From sequence record MN850621.1: 64,000 bases of DNA, one strand, 5' to 3'. Positions 47,086 to 56,592 of this stretch are shown here, piece by piece. The notes beneath the pieces were generated by a model. The model searched no databases. It had not been told where the DNA came from and saw only the letters and a list, made by a program, of their open reading frames with translations. The stretch's first letter is position 1. The number at the start of each line of letters is the position of its first letter. Origin of the DNA: Escherichia phage dhabil. The translations under genes were made by a program, and so were the position numbers.

Positions 47086-47126
47086 TTGATAGGATAGACT
47101 ATAACACGTGAGGAGAGGAAGTAAAC
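47086..47126 (-). promoter_or_regulatory. promoter cassette with RBS-pairing arms
   Basis: Minus GTTTAC (47121-47126), TATAGT at N16; arms cctcatgtg / cacgtgagg. Confidence 0.5.
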
Positions 47127-47127
47127 A

Positions 47128-47445
47128 CTAATCTTCAATTAAATCTCGGTCATAGCCAAGCTCAATCAAAAGGGATTTGAAGGCAGGAATATTTTCTATT
47201 TTCTTATTATCAACAAAGATTACAGGATAGCGTATAGCTAAGCTCTTGAAGCCTGCACGTTTGGCCAATGATACTATAAGAGGCTTGTCATATACTGCGC
47301 CTGACGGCGTCTGATTAATCACAGGATAGAAAGTATGTGGGATAGAAAGGGAATTTAGGAGCGATAGAACTGCAATGCACCCTGGACAGCGCATGACTGT
47401 CTCAGGTATACCGTAAATCTCAATTTTAGTTAACTTTTGGTCCAC
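47128..47445 (-). CDS. thioredoxin-fold redox protein with CPGC active site (glutaredoxin/NrdH-like)
   Basis: Beta-strand KIEIYGIPE followed by CPGC; likely GTG start at 47443-47445 with SD AAGGAG; the 159-aa ORF-track form overlaps the upstream gene. Confidence 0.5.
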   Translation of the reverse strand: MDQKLTKIEIYGIPETVMRCPGCIAVLSLLNSLSIPHTFYPVINQTPSGAVYDKPLIVSLAKRAGFKSLAIRYPVIFVDNKKIENIPAFKSLLIELGYDRDLIED

Positions 47446-47722
47446 AGGAAATAACTCCTTGGTAGTCCCAAGTTTTGATAACTTCGTCTTCATTAGTTCC
47501 ATATGGGATGTAAATCTGGATAAGGAACCCGGTATCATCAAAAGAGAAGTAGACCGTAGGTTTAATACCGTGAATCTCTGACAGAGCATAGATGTCCTTG
47601 AGGTCATCTTCCTTATCTTTAAAGAATTCTGGGTTCAGGTCACAGTCATGGAAGTACCATTCTTGGCCAAACTTGTCCCAAGCACCCCAATCAGTAGCTA
47701 CATATTCTTCAAAACGTTTCAT
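47426..47722 (-). CDS. hypothetical protein, 98 aa
   Basis: ATG at 47720-47722. Confidence 0.4.
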   Translation of the reverse strand: MKRFEEYVATDWGAWDKFGQEWYFHDCDLNPEFFKDKEDDLKDIYALSEIHGIKPTVYFSFDDTGFLIQIYIPYGTNEDEVIKTWDYQGVISCGPKVN

Positions 47723-47934
47723 TCTTTAACCTTCATCATTTTAGAAATAACACTATGGACAGACTGGATTCGTTTTTCGAACTCAGACTCTTCAAGACCC
47801 TTTTCAGTACTCAGCGCACCAATCATCACAAACAGCAATCCGAATGGGATGACCAGGATTAAAAGACACACAATAAACAGGACAAATGTAATATTGGCCA
47901 GGATATCAGAAACAGCGTTACGAAATTTATTCAT
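47719..47934 (-). CDS. small membrane protein, about 71 aa
   Basis: ORF-track start is GTG at 47946; ATG at 47932-47934 used; one transmembrane helix. Confidence 0.35.
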   Translation of the reverse strand: MNKFRNAVSDILANITFVLFIVCLLILVIPFGLLFVMIGALSTEKGLEESEFEKRIQSVHSVISKMMKVKE

Positions 47935-48055
47935 TAAAGAACCCACATATTAGTTACAACAAATAACCATTGAGCAGGATACTCAACACCCATAATACGC
48001 CCTGCATCGTTCAGAGATTCAACTAGAGCATAGAATGTGTAGCCATAAAAATTAA

Positions 48056-48529
48056 TCATTTAAGCGATTTCCTCAGTTGTTTTTTAAATGAATCAACCAT
48101 TTGTTTTTTGGTATCAGATTCATTATAAGTCATTCCGTGTGAAAGCATTTCAGCAATCATTTCTTCCTTACCTAATCTACTGAACTCTTTGGTTTTATCA
48201 GGAACGAAATTAGGATGGATATTGTTTTCGGTATAATCAGCTTTTAGATAGACCAGCAAATTCTCTAACCATTCGAGGTAGTCAACGTTTTGACCTTTAA
48301 GACCAGAACGGTTGAACTTATGCTTCATTTGTCCTTCTGCAGCATTGCACAGGTTACATAGTAAACCACGAACCTTACCGGCTTTTGGCCCGTTCAATTC
48401 ATGGTCGTGGTCAAGGTGGTTACTTTGAACATCAGGGTTTAATTCACGTTTACAAATCAAACACTTACCATGTTGTGCATCATAAAGTTTTTGTTTTTCT
48501 TCTTTGTATAGTTTGCCAGTCAACAACAT
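48056..48529 (-). CDS. 49: endonuclease VII, Holliday junction resolvase (gene 49)
   Basis: 157 aa; HLDHDHELNGPKAGKVRGLLCNLCNAAEGQ matches T4 endonuclease VII as recalled. Confidence 0.9.
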   Translation of the reverse strand: MLLTGKLYKEEKQKLYDAQHGKCLICKRELNPDVQSNHLDHDHELNGPKAGKVRGLLCNLCNAAEGQMKHKFNRSGLKGQNVDYLEWLENLLVYLKADYTENNIHPNFVPDKTKEFSRLGKEEMIAEMLSHGMTYNESDTKKQMVDSFKKQLRKSLK

Positions 48530-49030
48530 AATAAACCCTTACCATTATTAGATAAGGGTATTTATTAAACGTTATAAAATGAGCGATGCAACCTTTTAAA
48601 TTGACGAATCATCTTTTTGGTAGGACGGGTATATAATCCTACACAAGTGGCCATAAACTGGTCAGTAGGACTTCCTTTGATAAGAAGTTTCCAGACCTTG
48701 TCACCATTTAACTTTTCGGTATAGACTAATTTAGTTTTCATCAGAAGACCTCGTCAGAAAAGCGGAGTTGCGCTTCAAGCCAATGGATATAATCGGCTGC
48801 AGCTTTAATCAAATCAGACTCTAGGTCAGGTAAAGAACCCGAATCCGATAACTCGTAAAGCGAATGTTCAATCAGACGGCCTTTATGACGGCCAATTTCA
48901 ATTTTGGTACTCATATCCAAACTCCATATCGATTAAATCATTGTTTGAAGGTTCATTATACTCTATTTCGGAATCGTTGTAAACCGGTTCCTCTGGCTCG
49001 GTAGTTTCCCACCGAGCGACATACCACGGC

Positions 49031-49339
49031 TTAACGGTCACACCACCAACTACTTACTTCAAAATCAGGCTCGCCGTTTTCCCAATACCAAGGGCCAACC
49101 GGATGCCAATCACCATGCTCATCTTCTTCAAATTCTTCGGATTCGAGCCCGACGTATTGCCATTGAACTTCATAAGCAGTGCCACCAATTACAACAGTAT
49201 TCTCACCATACGGATTAGCCACAGCAAAGTCAATACCTTCTGCTTTAGCCAACCAAACCATGTATTCATAGAGTTTATATTCTAGGTCGTCTTCGGTGCC
49301 ATCACCTAGAAAAATGGTTTGTTCGTTTAACCCAATCAT
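49031..49339 (-). CDS. hypothetical acidic protein, 102 aa
   Basis: ATG at 49337-49339; Trp/Glu-rich. Confidence 0.4.
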   Translation of the reverse strand: MIGLNEQTIFLGDGTEDDLEYKLYEYMVWLAKAEGIDFAVANPYGENTVVIGGTAYEVQWQYVGLESEEFEEDEHGDWHPVGPWYWENGEPDFEVSSWWCDR

Positions 49340-49508
49340 AATTCCACCATAAATTCAAATAACTGGTCGCGTACACAAGTATCAGTCCAACCCCATTCGT
49401 TGGCTTCTTCTTTTAACCAATCCGGGAGATTTGCTAATACGGTTTCTTTACTAGGGGCAGGAGTATCAAACTCTCCTGCACAGGTTTTATAGGCCATATC
49501 AAATTTGG

Positions 49509-49772
49509 TCATTTGAAATACGCCCGCAGTTGGTCAAAGCCACCAATAGAAGTTCCATCAGGAGCAAATACCTGAGGCATAGTCAAACCTACTTGAGATT
49601 CACGACCAAGAGCAGTCAAGAGTTCAGCAATCTTCTCATCATCAAATACACCTTTTTCCGGCATCACGTTAATGAATTCGTAAGGTTGTTTCTTAACATC
49701 AAGTAGACGTTTGGCATTATCACAGAAAACACAACGGTGAATATTTGAATCGTAACCATAAACTTTAAACAT
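49509..49772 (-). CDS. nrdC: phage thioredoxin/glutaredoxin NrdC
   Basis: 87 aa; MFKVYGYDSNIHRCVFCDNAKRLL...GGFDQLRAYFK, CVFC active site, matches T4 NrdC as recalled. Confidence 0.85.
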   Translation of the reverse strand: MFKVYGYDSNIHRCVFCDNAKRLLDVKKQPYEFINVMPEKGVFDDEKIAELLTALGRESQVGLTMPQVFAPDGTSIGGFDQLRAYFK

Positions 49773-49773
49773 T

Positions 49774-50010
49774 TTAAATTCCTAATACTTGTTTGAATGC
49801 TTCAGAACGGTCAAGTTCTGTTCCATATTTTTCGAGGTGTTCGTATTTTAAATCATAAACATCAGATAGTATATTATTATACGAACGAGTTAAAGCAGAT
49901 TTCAATACTGAATAACTGTCCGGGAATTTACCATGCTCTTTATAATAAGCCAAAGTAAGTTCGCGAACCGCCTTATCGGCGGCCTCTACATATTCTTTAC
50001 GCTTTGCCAT
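49774..50010 (-). CDS. hypothetical protein, about 78 aa
   Basis: ORF-track start is TTG at 50025; ATG at 50008-50010 used. Confidence 0.35.
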   Translation of the reverse strand: MAKRKEYVEAADKAVRELTLAYYKEHGKFPDSYSVLKSALTRSYNNILSDVYDLKYEHLEKYGTELDRSEAFKQVLGI

Positions 50011-50218
50011 TTTCGTCTCGCTCAAATTTGTGCTTACAATGACGGCATTTATACTGAAGCGGATTATGACGCCATTGAATCAACTGGACCTGTTCAGTTC
50101 CACATTCAGGACAATTTGGAACATTCTTAGAAGCTCGTTCGCGACGTTCGACAATTTTAATAATTTGATTCCAATCAGGAATAGTTTGGTCGATATCATC
50201 GGCTAATTGATATTTCAT
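49997..50218 (-). CDS. zinc-ribbon protein, 73 aa
   Basis: CPECG...CRHCKHKF, four-Cys ribbon. Confidence 0.45.
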   Translation of the reverse strand: MKYQLADDIDQTIPDWNQIIKIVERRERASKNVPNCPECGTEQVQLIQWRHNPLQYKCRHCKHKFERDENGKA

Positions 50219-51225
50219 TTCAACAGCTCCAGAGCTTGTTCAAGACGGTCTAAACGATTGGTAGACTCTTCCCAAAGTTTCTTGGCAGCGGTATATTGGC
50301 CAGTCAGTTTTTTGTTAATAGCAAGGGCATCTTTATACGCTTTTTCTAAGGCAACGATTTCCGGTAACTTGGATTTAGTAATTGGTGTAGGAGCCATGAT
50401 AGGGCTATTCAAGTCATTAATCAAGTCTTCTAATGTAGCAGGCTCTTTATCGGTGTTCACAATTTCCTCACATTTTTCTTGGTAAATTTCAGCATCGGTT
50501 TTTGGAACAGGACATTTGATTTCGCGGACTTTTACTAAGACCTCGTATCCTTTCCAGCCATAGAAATGTTTTACTTCTTGAGTCTCATATTTCTCTACTG
50601 TATCCATAAAAGCTAAGGCTTGTTCGATAATATTCAAGGTGTCGTAAGCAATATCTTGATACTTTACAACTTCCGCGTCATCTTTAGGTTTCCTATTAGG
50701 TGACCAAATAACAGAAATAATAGCTTTTCCTTTATAACTATTTGTTTTAATCATGCAATTAGCCATAGGGTGAATAGTACGGGAATCACCAGAAACTATG
50801 GTTTTAGAGGCCGCTTTGAGAATTAATGCAGAGTTAGCCTTAAATTCGCTAGTCCAACGCTGTGGAAATAGACCACTAGGATCCATACCTTTCATTTTGA
50901 TATAGCTTTTTAAAACATCACCAAACCATTGGTAGCTAACAACGTGGCTGGAACCTGGGTGTTTCTCTTTGCCAAACTCTGAAAGGATATCCTTATTAAC
51001 CAGCCGCGAAAGCAGTCGAGAACCTTTAAATGTATCTATGATATCAGGGATAAACAAACGCCCTGCAATCTTTTCTATTTCAGATTTAAAATACAGCGAC
51101 AAATCTTCGTCAATTTGGTCTACCCATTTATTGATATTAGAAACTATCACCTCATATGGGGTTAATGGAGGGGTATTGTCAGTGATATACGTAGTAAAGG
51201 CATTGATGTATTCAGTACGGGTCAT
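50215..51225 (-). CDS. hypothetical protein, about 336 aa
   Basis: ORF-track start 51285 lies in the promoter; moved to ATG 51223-51225 with SD AGGAG; C-terminal coiled-coil-like tail. Confidence 0.45.
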   Translation of the reverse strand: MTRTEYINAFTTYITDNTPPLTPYEVIVSNINKWVDQIDEDLSLYFKSEIEKIAGRLFIPDIIDTFKGSRLLSRLVNKDILSEFGKEKHPGSSHVVSYQWFGDVLKSYIKMKGMDPSGLFPQRWTSEFKANSALILKAASKTIVSGDSRTIHPMANCMIKTNSYKGKAIISVIWSPNRKPKDDAEVVKYQDIAYDTLNIIEQALAFMDTVEKYETQEVKHFYGWKGYEVLVKVREIKCPVPKTDAEIYQEKCEEIVNTDKEPATLEDLINDLNSPIMAPTPITKSKLPEIVALEKAYKDALAINKKLTGQYTAAKKLWEESTNRLDRLEQALELLK

Positions 51226-51242
51226 GATATTCTCCTCAGTAG

Positions 51243-51283
51243 TTGATAAAAGGATTATACTCCATCCGTCCTTGGATGTAAAC
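51243..51283 (-). promoter_or_regulatory. T4-early-type promoter cassette variant
   Basis: Minus GTTTAC (51278-51283), N18, TATAAT (51254-51259). Confidence 0.5.
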
Positions 51284-51284
51284 A

Positions 51285-52178
51285 TTATTTTAGAGCTAAT
51301 AGTGCCGCGCGAAGCTTGTCACGCTGGTTTTCCATATTCTTGATGCGATTAAGAACGTCTTGAATACTCTTTTTCTCATCTTCAATCTGGCCATTTAAAC
51401 GATGGATTGATTCCTGGATGCTATCTGCATAATAGGTCTCAATAGGTTTCATCGTAGGGTTAGTAACAACCAAAGAATTATCGGGTTTAATTTTCCAATG
51501 ATACGGTTCGGAATTGAATGGACTGGGCACCGCGGTGGTTTTGAATTTGTCATAGGCTGCATACTGGCCTACGCTGTCACATGATACTGCAGAGATACGA
51601 CGTTCCATTTGTGGGTCCTTTTGTTGGGATTGATAAGGGGCATAAGATAAAAGATATTCGCGAGTTAGTTTAACTCTTATATACACTGCATCGGCTTGCC
51701 CTGAACAATCGGCATATTCATCGGTTGTAACTTTATACGATTCTACTGCCTTAATACGGGTCATTGCTTCCCTAAATAAGGTTTCGAATGCTTCACGAAG
51801 GGCCTTATTACCTTTTGAGGTAGGACGGAAACGAACTTGGATACCGTCAGCCAGAATATTAATGACCAGGTTACGAGCCGTAAAATTAATATTCTTGATA
51901 TTAACAGGAACCGTAGAAATACGTCCTGCGGTAGCCAAGAGGTCTTTGATATTAGCTCGTAATGTTGCACCAAACAGGTGGGCTGGGCGACGGCAATAAT
52001 CGTTCAAAGAAGAAATATAAGTTCCTTTACGACCTACGCCATAAGTATAATTACCATTACAAATATGACCAAAGTCAGCTAGCCGATCGATAGCGATACG
52101 ACGAGTCGTGTCATGGTCGTATATAGAGTATTCTTTACGTGTTTTAATATTCATATTAAAGTCCAAATAATTTTTCAT
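51285..52178 (-). CDS. hypothetical protein, 297 aa
   Basis: ATG at 52176-52178; alternative coupled start at 52152-52154; no motif recognised. Confidence 0.45.
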   Translation of the reverse strand: MKNYLDFNMNIKTRKEYSIYDHDTTRRIAIDRLADFGHICNGNYTYGVGRKGTYISSLNDYCRRPAHLFGATLRANIKDLLATAGRISTVPVNIKNINFTARNLVINILADGIQVRFRPTSKGNKALREAFETLFREAMTRIKAVESYKVTTDEYADCSGQADAVYIRVKLTREYLLSYAPYQSQQKDPQMERRISAVSCDSVGQYAAYDKFKTTAVPSPFNSEPYHWKIKPDNSLVVTNPTMKPIETYYADSIQESIHRLNGQIEDEKKSIQDVLNRIKNMENQRDKLRAALLALK

Positions 52179-52371
52179 AGAATTTAGCGATAGGCCAAAA
52201 CACCATCATAATGACCAAAACAACCCAAAGTAGGGGCCATACTAGTGTAATGAATACTGCATCATAGCTTGATTCAATTTCGATTGGATTCCAATCACCT
52301 GATTTATGAATGATAAAGGTCGTCATAAATCCTAGCACAAAGTAAAGGAGAATAAAACCTAAGATTTCCAT
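52156..52371 (-). CDS. small membrane protein, 71 aa
   Basis: ATG at 52369-52371; two hydrophobic segments. Confidence 0.45.
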   Translation of the reverse strand: MEILGFILLYFVLGFMTTFIIHKSGDWNPIEIESSYDAVFITLVWPLLWVVLVIMMVFWPIAKFYEKLFGL

Positions 52372-52455
52372 ATTAACCTATAATGTTTGAGAAAATTAGC
52401 CACAGAACACCCGTGGCTACGATTACATATCCAAGAACAGCGAGCCATTCCATAA

Positions 52456-53301
52456 TTAATCCTTAAGAAGATTTAGGATATCGATATATTTCCGGCGTTC
52501 AGCCTTAGCTTTGGCATTCAGACCAGAGAGTCGGAAAATCTCATCATCTTGTTGTTGGATTGTAACATTCAAGCAAGTAAGCAAATTGCTAAAATACTCA
52601 ATCTGGGCTTGATGTTTCTCATTGCTGCGCACTGGTACAGGTTCCATTTTAGGAGCTTGTTCTGAATGCTCTTCAGCCAGGTCTTTAATTTTATAAAGTT
52701 TAATACGTTGGCCTACTCCAGTTTCAGCATCACCAAAACTAAGAACACCGTGTTGTTCTAATTCAGACAGGGCCAAGCGCAGATGGAACTTCCAGTTGTC
52801 ATATTGACAACCACTAAAAGTTGAAATGGTATACTCATTTTCATTTCCAGGGTGGTTAACAATATTAAAGATAATCCAATCACCTGAACCGTTAGTCTTA
52901 AATGTCATTTGTTTATCAAGACCTTTTGCAAGTCGAGCGCCAAGAGCCAGTAGACGTCGTTGGTTGGCATGAAGGTCTTGAACAACTTCACCAAATGACA
53001 TCGCCGGGATTAAACGACCATAAAGGTCGTAGCCTTTGTTATAATTTTTAAGAATAATTTTGGCATTAGCACGAGACAACATACCTGTTTTACGAAGAGT
53101 TTTCATGACCCGGTCTTCTAACGTAAACGAACCTTTAGTCTTGTCAAAGATTTTAATAAAGTCATCTTTAACAGTACAAACATTGAACTTGTCCCACATC
53201 ATATATAGGACCTTTTCAACCACTTCTTTAGAACTAGGAATACGACCAAATTTAACAACTTTTTTAACTTCAGAACGAATTTGATTAATTGCTTGTGACA
53301 T
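52456..53301 (-). CDS. hypothetical protein, 281 aa
   Basis: ATG at 53299-53301; first codons MSQAI and the 25-bp initiation region are identical to 45926-45950. Confidence 0.45.
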   Translation of the reverse strand: MSQAINQIRSEVKKVVKFGRIPSSKEVVEKVLYMMWDKFNVCTVKDDFIKIFDKTKGSFTLEDRVMKTLRKTGMLSRANAKIILKNYNKGYDLYGRLIPAMSFGEVVQDLHANQRRLLALGARLAKGLDKQMTFKTNGSGDWIIFNIVNHPGNENEYTISTFSGCQYDNWKFHLRLALSELEQHGVLSFGDAETGVGQRIKLYKIKDLAEEHSEQAPKMEPVPVRSNEKHQAQIEYFSNLLTCLNVTIQQQDDEIFRLSGLNAKAKAERRKYIDILNLLKD

Positions 53302-53364
53302 AATAATTTCCTCAGTAAGTAATTAAGAACCTAGAACCATTATACCATCCTTGGTATAAAGCGT

Positions 53365-53889
53365 TTATGCGAGAACCGTCTTTAAACGCTCTTCAAATTT
53401 CTGAAGCAGAGCTTGGCGTTCAGCTCGTTGTGATTTGTACTGCTCGATACGACCTGAAGTGAGGGCGTACTGTTCGTTTACTGATTCCCGCATAAATTCA
53501 GGAATCTCTTTACAAGCTTTGATTTCGTCAAACTTATCAATAACCGCTTGTTGTTCGGCAATTAAGTTATCAAAATAAGCGATATCTGATTTAACGTTTG
53601 CCAGGTCAGATTCAGTAGGCATTAAACGTTTATTACGCTCAGCTTGATAAGCTTGGTTGGTTTCACGACTCCAGTGAAGAGTACGTTTTTTGTTGGTGTT
53701 TTTGTAGAGCTCTACAATACCAACTGAATCGATGACAGCAATCCAGTTCCAACGGCTTTTGTAAATCTCTCCTCCAGATACGGTAATCTCATTACCACAA
53801 GCAACGTCATTAAAGAACTTGCTTTGTTTTTCGGATTTGAAATTACCATTGTTAAAATTAATCAGTGAAAAAATATCTTTAGCGTTCAT
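53365..53889 (-). CDS. hypothetical protein, 174 aa
   Basis: ATG at 53887-53889; coiled-coil-like C-terminus. Confidence 0.45.
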   Translation of the reverse strand: MNAKDIFSLINFNNGNFKSEKQSKFFNDVACGNEITVSGGEIYKSRWNWIAVIDSVGIVELYKNTNKKRTLHWSRETNQAYQAERNKRLMPTESDLANVKSDIAYFDNLIAEQQAVIDKFDEIKACKEIPEFMRESVNEQYALTSGRIEQYKSQRAERQALLQKFEERLKTVLA

Positions 53890-53895
53890 GATAAC

Positions 53896-53944
53896 CTCCA
53901 GTAGTTGATAGGTCTATAGTATCATTTCTACTGGAGATGTAAAC
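53896..53944 (-). promoter_or_regulatory. promoter cassette with RBS-pairing stem
   Basis: Exact 20-mer core; minus GTTTAC (53939-53944), N17, TACTAT; 9-bp arms ctccagtag / ctactggag. Confidence 0.6.
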
Positions 53945-53946
53945 AA

Positions 53947-54288
53947 CTAATAAAAACTTTTTTCACCGGCTTGTCCACTAAACCATGCGGATTGGGTGTT
54001 CTCTTTCCGTTGATGTTTAATACGAATAAGGTATTCATTCCTGATGGCACAGAGTTCATCTCTGAAGTCGCCTGCCAACTTAACCTGCTTACGGTCTAGA
54101 TTTATTAAGGCTTGGGTCTTCGCTGCCAAGAGCAGTCTCTTGTAGTCTCCTTCTTCACAATCGGTTTTGTAAACCTTCTCAGCGAATTGGTGTTTAAATT
54201 CATTATCATAGTCTTCAATAGACTGTTTCATGGCATTAGAGTATTTCAACTCTGCTTTTATAAGGTCATAACTAAATTGTTCGAACAT
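53947..54288 (-). CDS. hypothetical protein, 113 aa
   Basis: ATG at 54286-54288. Confidence 0.4.
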   Translation of the reverse strand: MFEQFSYDLIKAELKYSNAMKQSIEDYDNEFKHQFAEKVYKTDCEEGDYKRLLLAAKTQALINLDRKQVKLAGDFRDELCAIRNEYLIRIKHQRKENTQSAWFSGQAGEKSFY

Positions 54289-54298
54289 AATTTCACCT

Positions 54299-55279
54299 TT
54301 ATTTCAGAAGTGTAACTTCAGCGATTTCGCTCCAGTCATTTTTATCGGTGGCAATGAAGTCCGCCAGGTAAAGAGCCGTGCGTAATGATACGTTACGAAG
54401 ACGAGATACATTGGCCTTCATCCATGCTAGAGCTTGATAAGTCTCAGCATCAGTCAGACCTCGGTTTTGCATCATATCAGTGGACAGGATAACGTCTTCA
54501 ACACGAACCATAATCTCTTCATTCGAGTGAACTCCGAGGTCTAAGTAAACCGAACGAGATACTAAAGCCTGGAGGTGTGGAGCAAGTTTAGTTCCACGCT
54601 CTAATTCACGGTCAATGTCAACGTTGGTGATGAACACGATGGTGCCTTCGTATTCGAATTCTTTATCGATATTTTTATCATCGAGATAAGAACTTGAAGT
54701 GCTCCAGCACACCTTACGTTTCTCACCGGTATCCAATGCGGCTTTAAGAAGGTTCAGGATATCCATGTCAGAGAATACATCAACATCATCAATAAGAAGA
54801 ACACTATTAGGGCCGCGGTTATTCCAAAGCTGCTCGTAAAGACCGATTCCACTAATCTTTCCGTTGATTGATTTATATTCGATAGTTTCATTTTCGTGGG
54901 CATTTTGTAATGCTTTATCTAAAGAGTAGGTTTTACCAATACCTGCGGCACCAGAGATGATAAGGGAACGAATTTTACCATCGATGATTCCGTTAGTCAT
55001 CATGTTCATTACTTTAAAACGTTTGTTGATGCGATGTTTCATTTCTTCAGAGGATTCGGTAACCATTACAGGAGCTTCAGCACCTTCCATTTCAACGTCA
55101 CATTTGAACACCCACACACCACGTTCAACACCATCAATCTGTACGAATACCTTGCCATCACCGAGGTGAGCTTCAGATTCATGAATTTTATTAGGGAACC
55201 AGGTTTTACCTGAACTCATGAACGTACCAGAGATTTCATTACCGCGATAGATACCTTTGTTGATTTTGATAGTTAACAT
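54299..55279 (-). CDS. P-loop NTPase (AAA-like), about 326 aa
   Basis: Walker A ISGAAGIGKTYS, Walker B VLLIDDVD; start moved from 55366 (inside the promoter) to ATG 55277-55279 with SD GGAGAA. Confidence 0.55.
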   Translation of the reverse strand: MLTIKINKGIYRGNEISGTFMSSGKTWFPNKIHESEAHLGDGKVFVQIDGVERGVWVFKCDVEMEGAEAPVMVTESSEEMKHRINKRFKVMNMMTNGIIDGKIRSLIISGAAGIGKTYSLDKALQNAHENETIEYKSINGKISGIGLYEQLWNNRGPNSVLLIDDVDVFSDMDILNLLKAALDTGEKRKVCWSTSSSYLDDKNIDKEFEYEGTIVFITNVDIDRELERGTKLAPHLQALVSRSVYLDLGVHSNEEIMVRVEDVILSTDMMQNRGLTDAETYQALAWMKANVSRLRNVSLRTALYLADFIATDKNDWSEIAEVTLLK

Positions 55280-55306
55280 TATATTCTCCGTTTCACTCAG
55301 TAGATT

Positions 55307-55345
55307 TGATAGGTCCATAATAACATGCTCTACGAGAGGGTAAAC
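55307..55345 (-). promoter_or_regulatory. T4-early-type promoter cassette
   Basis: Core TTGATAGGTCCATAATAACA; minus GTTTAC (55340-55345), N17, TATTAT. Confidence 0.55.
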
Positions 55346-55362
55346 TCTTTTTTGCACTAAAC

Positions 55363-55386
55363 CCAAAAAAGGACCCCGAAGGGTCC
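55363..55386 (-). terminator. intrinsic terminator, UUCG loop
   Basis: Stem GGACCC/GGGTCC 55371-55386, loop cgaa, minus-strand TTTTTTGGG; with the adjacent promoter it repeats the 573-652 cassette. Confidence 0.65.
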
Positions 55387-55581
55387 TAAATTGCGCTCCA
55401 ATAATTATGGAAGCGGATATTATTGATAGCCCAGTTAATACACCGTCTTATCTGCTTAGACGTAGGCTTGCATACGTACTTGAAATTGATTCGTCTACCG
55501 GTTTCTCTACAAACTACTTCAAGATACCAACGACAGGTTTTATGAGGTCTTCCATATGACAGGAAAACCTTGATTTCTTCT

Positions 55582-56592
55582 TTAGCGGTAATAAGAGTTG
55601 TGGTTGTCAAGATACACCTCTTCGACGAACTTGTCCCAGAACTTCATGTCCACCTTCTCAGGTATACCGTTCTTATGAGCTTGTACAGCCAGGACTTCAA
55701 CTTCATCAACAATGTTTTCTAGCAGCCCTTGGACCACTTTAAAAGGCATATCACCTGCTTTTATTGCTTTAATAATAGAAGCATTTTTAAGTGGATAAAC
55801 CAAATCGCCTGTTTGATAGATTTCCTTCAACTGATATCCAGCACGATAAGCGTGGCTCAGAGCTTTCCAGTCAATACCTTCATTGGCTTCGGCCTTACGA
55901 GCACGTTCACCATATTCGGCATCAAGTTTATTCAGAGATTGCTTGAGCTCGATTAATGACAAAGTAGTTTGGTATTTACGACCGAGGACGGTATAGAACG
56001 TTTGAGGACCTGTTTTCTCGTGGTTATGAAATACCCATTCACAGAACTCATTTTCAGGGAGCCGGTGCTTAATATCTTCTACCTTAGTACGTCGTTGCTT
56101 AGTAGAACCATCTTCTTGATAATCAACCCACTGTTCAGGAATCTGGTTAACAATTGCCAGTACACCACGTAAAGCAGCCAGTCGAGAACCCTTAACACCA
56201 TATTTAGAAGCTTGCTTACGGACGTACCCTAAATAGGCTTTCATGTTGGTTGTATAGAAACGCGAACGGTTATCTTGGATAAATTTCCATACATCAGGTA
56301 AATCAGATTTAACCACCATTTCAGGCGGAGTGTGGAGCATATCCAGAGCAACGGTTTCGCCTTCAGCAGCCAGTTTAAAGAAATATTTCAGACTGTAAAG
56401 CTCATGGTCAACATCATCTTTAGTGTTTTTGGAAGCAGTGTTATTCGTGTTCAGGTTGGTATGGTTCATTGCCGTACCTAACAGAATATCACGCGGATGT
56501 GGAACAAAGATTTCTTTAAAATCGACATCAGATTCCGGAGTACTTGTTCCATAAAGGTGGCTACCGAAGTAGCCTTTCATAACTGTTCTCAT
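55582..56592 (-). CDS. Pol-beta superfamily nucleotidyltransferase
   Basis: 336 aa; N-terminal GSHLYGTSTPESDVDF fits the [GS]-x(9-13)-D-x-[DE] nucleotidyltransferase motif; ATGA overlap with the upstream membrane-protein gene. Confidence 0.6.
   Translation of the reverse strand: MRTVMKGYFGSHLYGTSTPESDVDFKEIFVPHPRDILLGTAMNHTNLNTNNTASKNTKDDVDHELYSLKYFFKLAAEGETVALDMLHTPPEMVVKSDLPDVWKFIQDNRSRFYTTNMKAYLGYVRKQASKYGVKGSRLAALRGVLAIVNQIPEQWVDYQEDGSTKQRRTKVEDIKHRLPENEFCEWVFHNHEKTGPQTFYTVLGRKYQTTLSLIELKQSLNKLDAEYGERARKAEANEGIDWKALSHAYRAGYQLKEIYQTGDLVYPLKNASIIKAIKAGDMPFKVVQGLLENIVDEVEVLAVQAHKNGIPEKVDMKFWDKFVEEVYLDNHNSYYR

Noticed and set aside
55386-55610. 74-aa minus-strand ORF between the nucleotidyltransferase and ATPase genes
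   Set aside because: Begins at a TTG codon, has no in-frame ATG, and lies across the terminator hairpin (55371-55386) and the early-promoter cassette (55307-55345); most likely a non-coding regulatory spacer.
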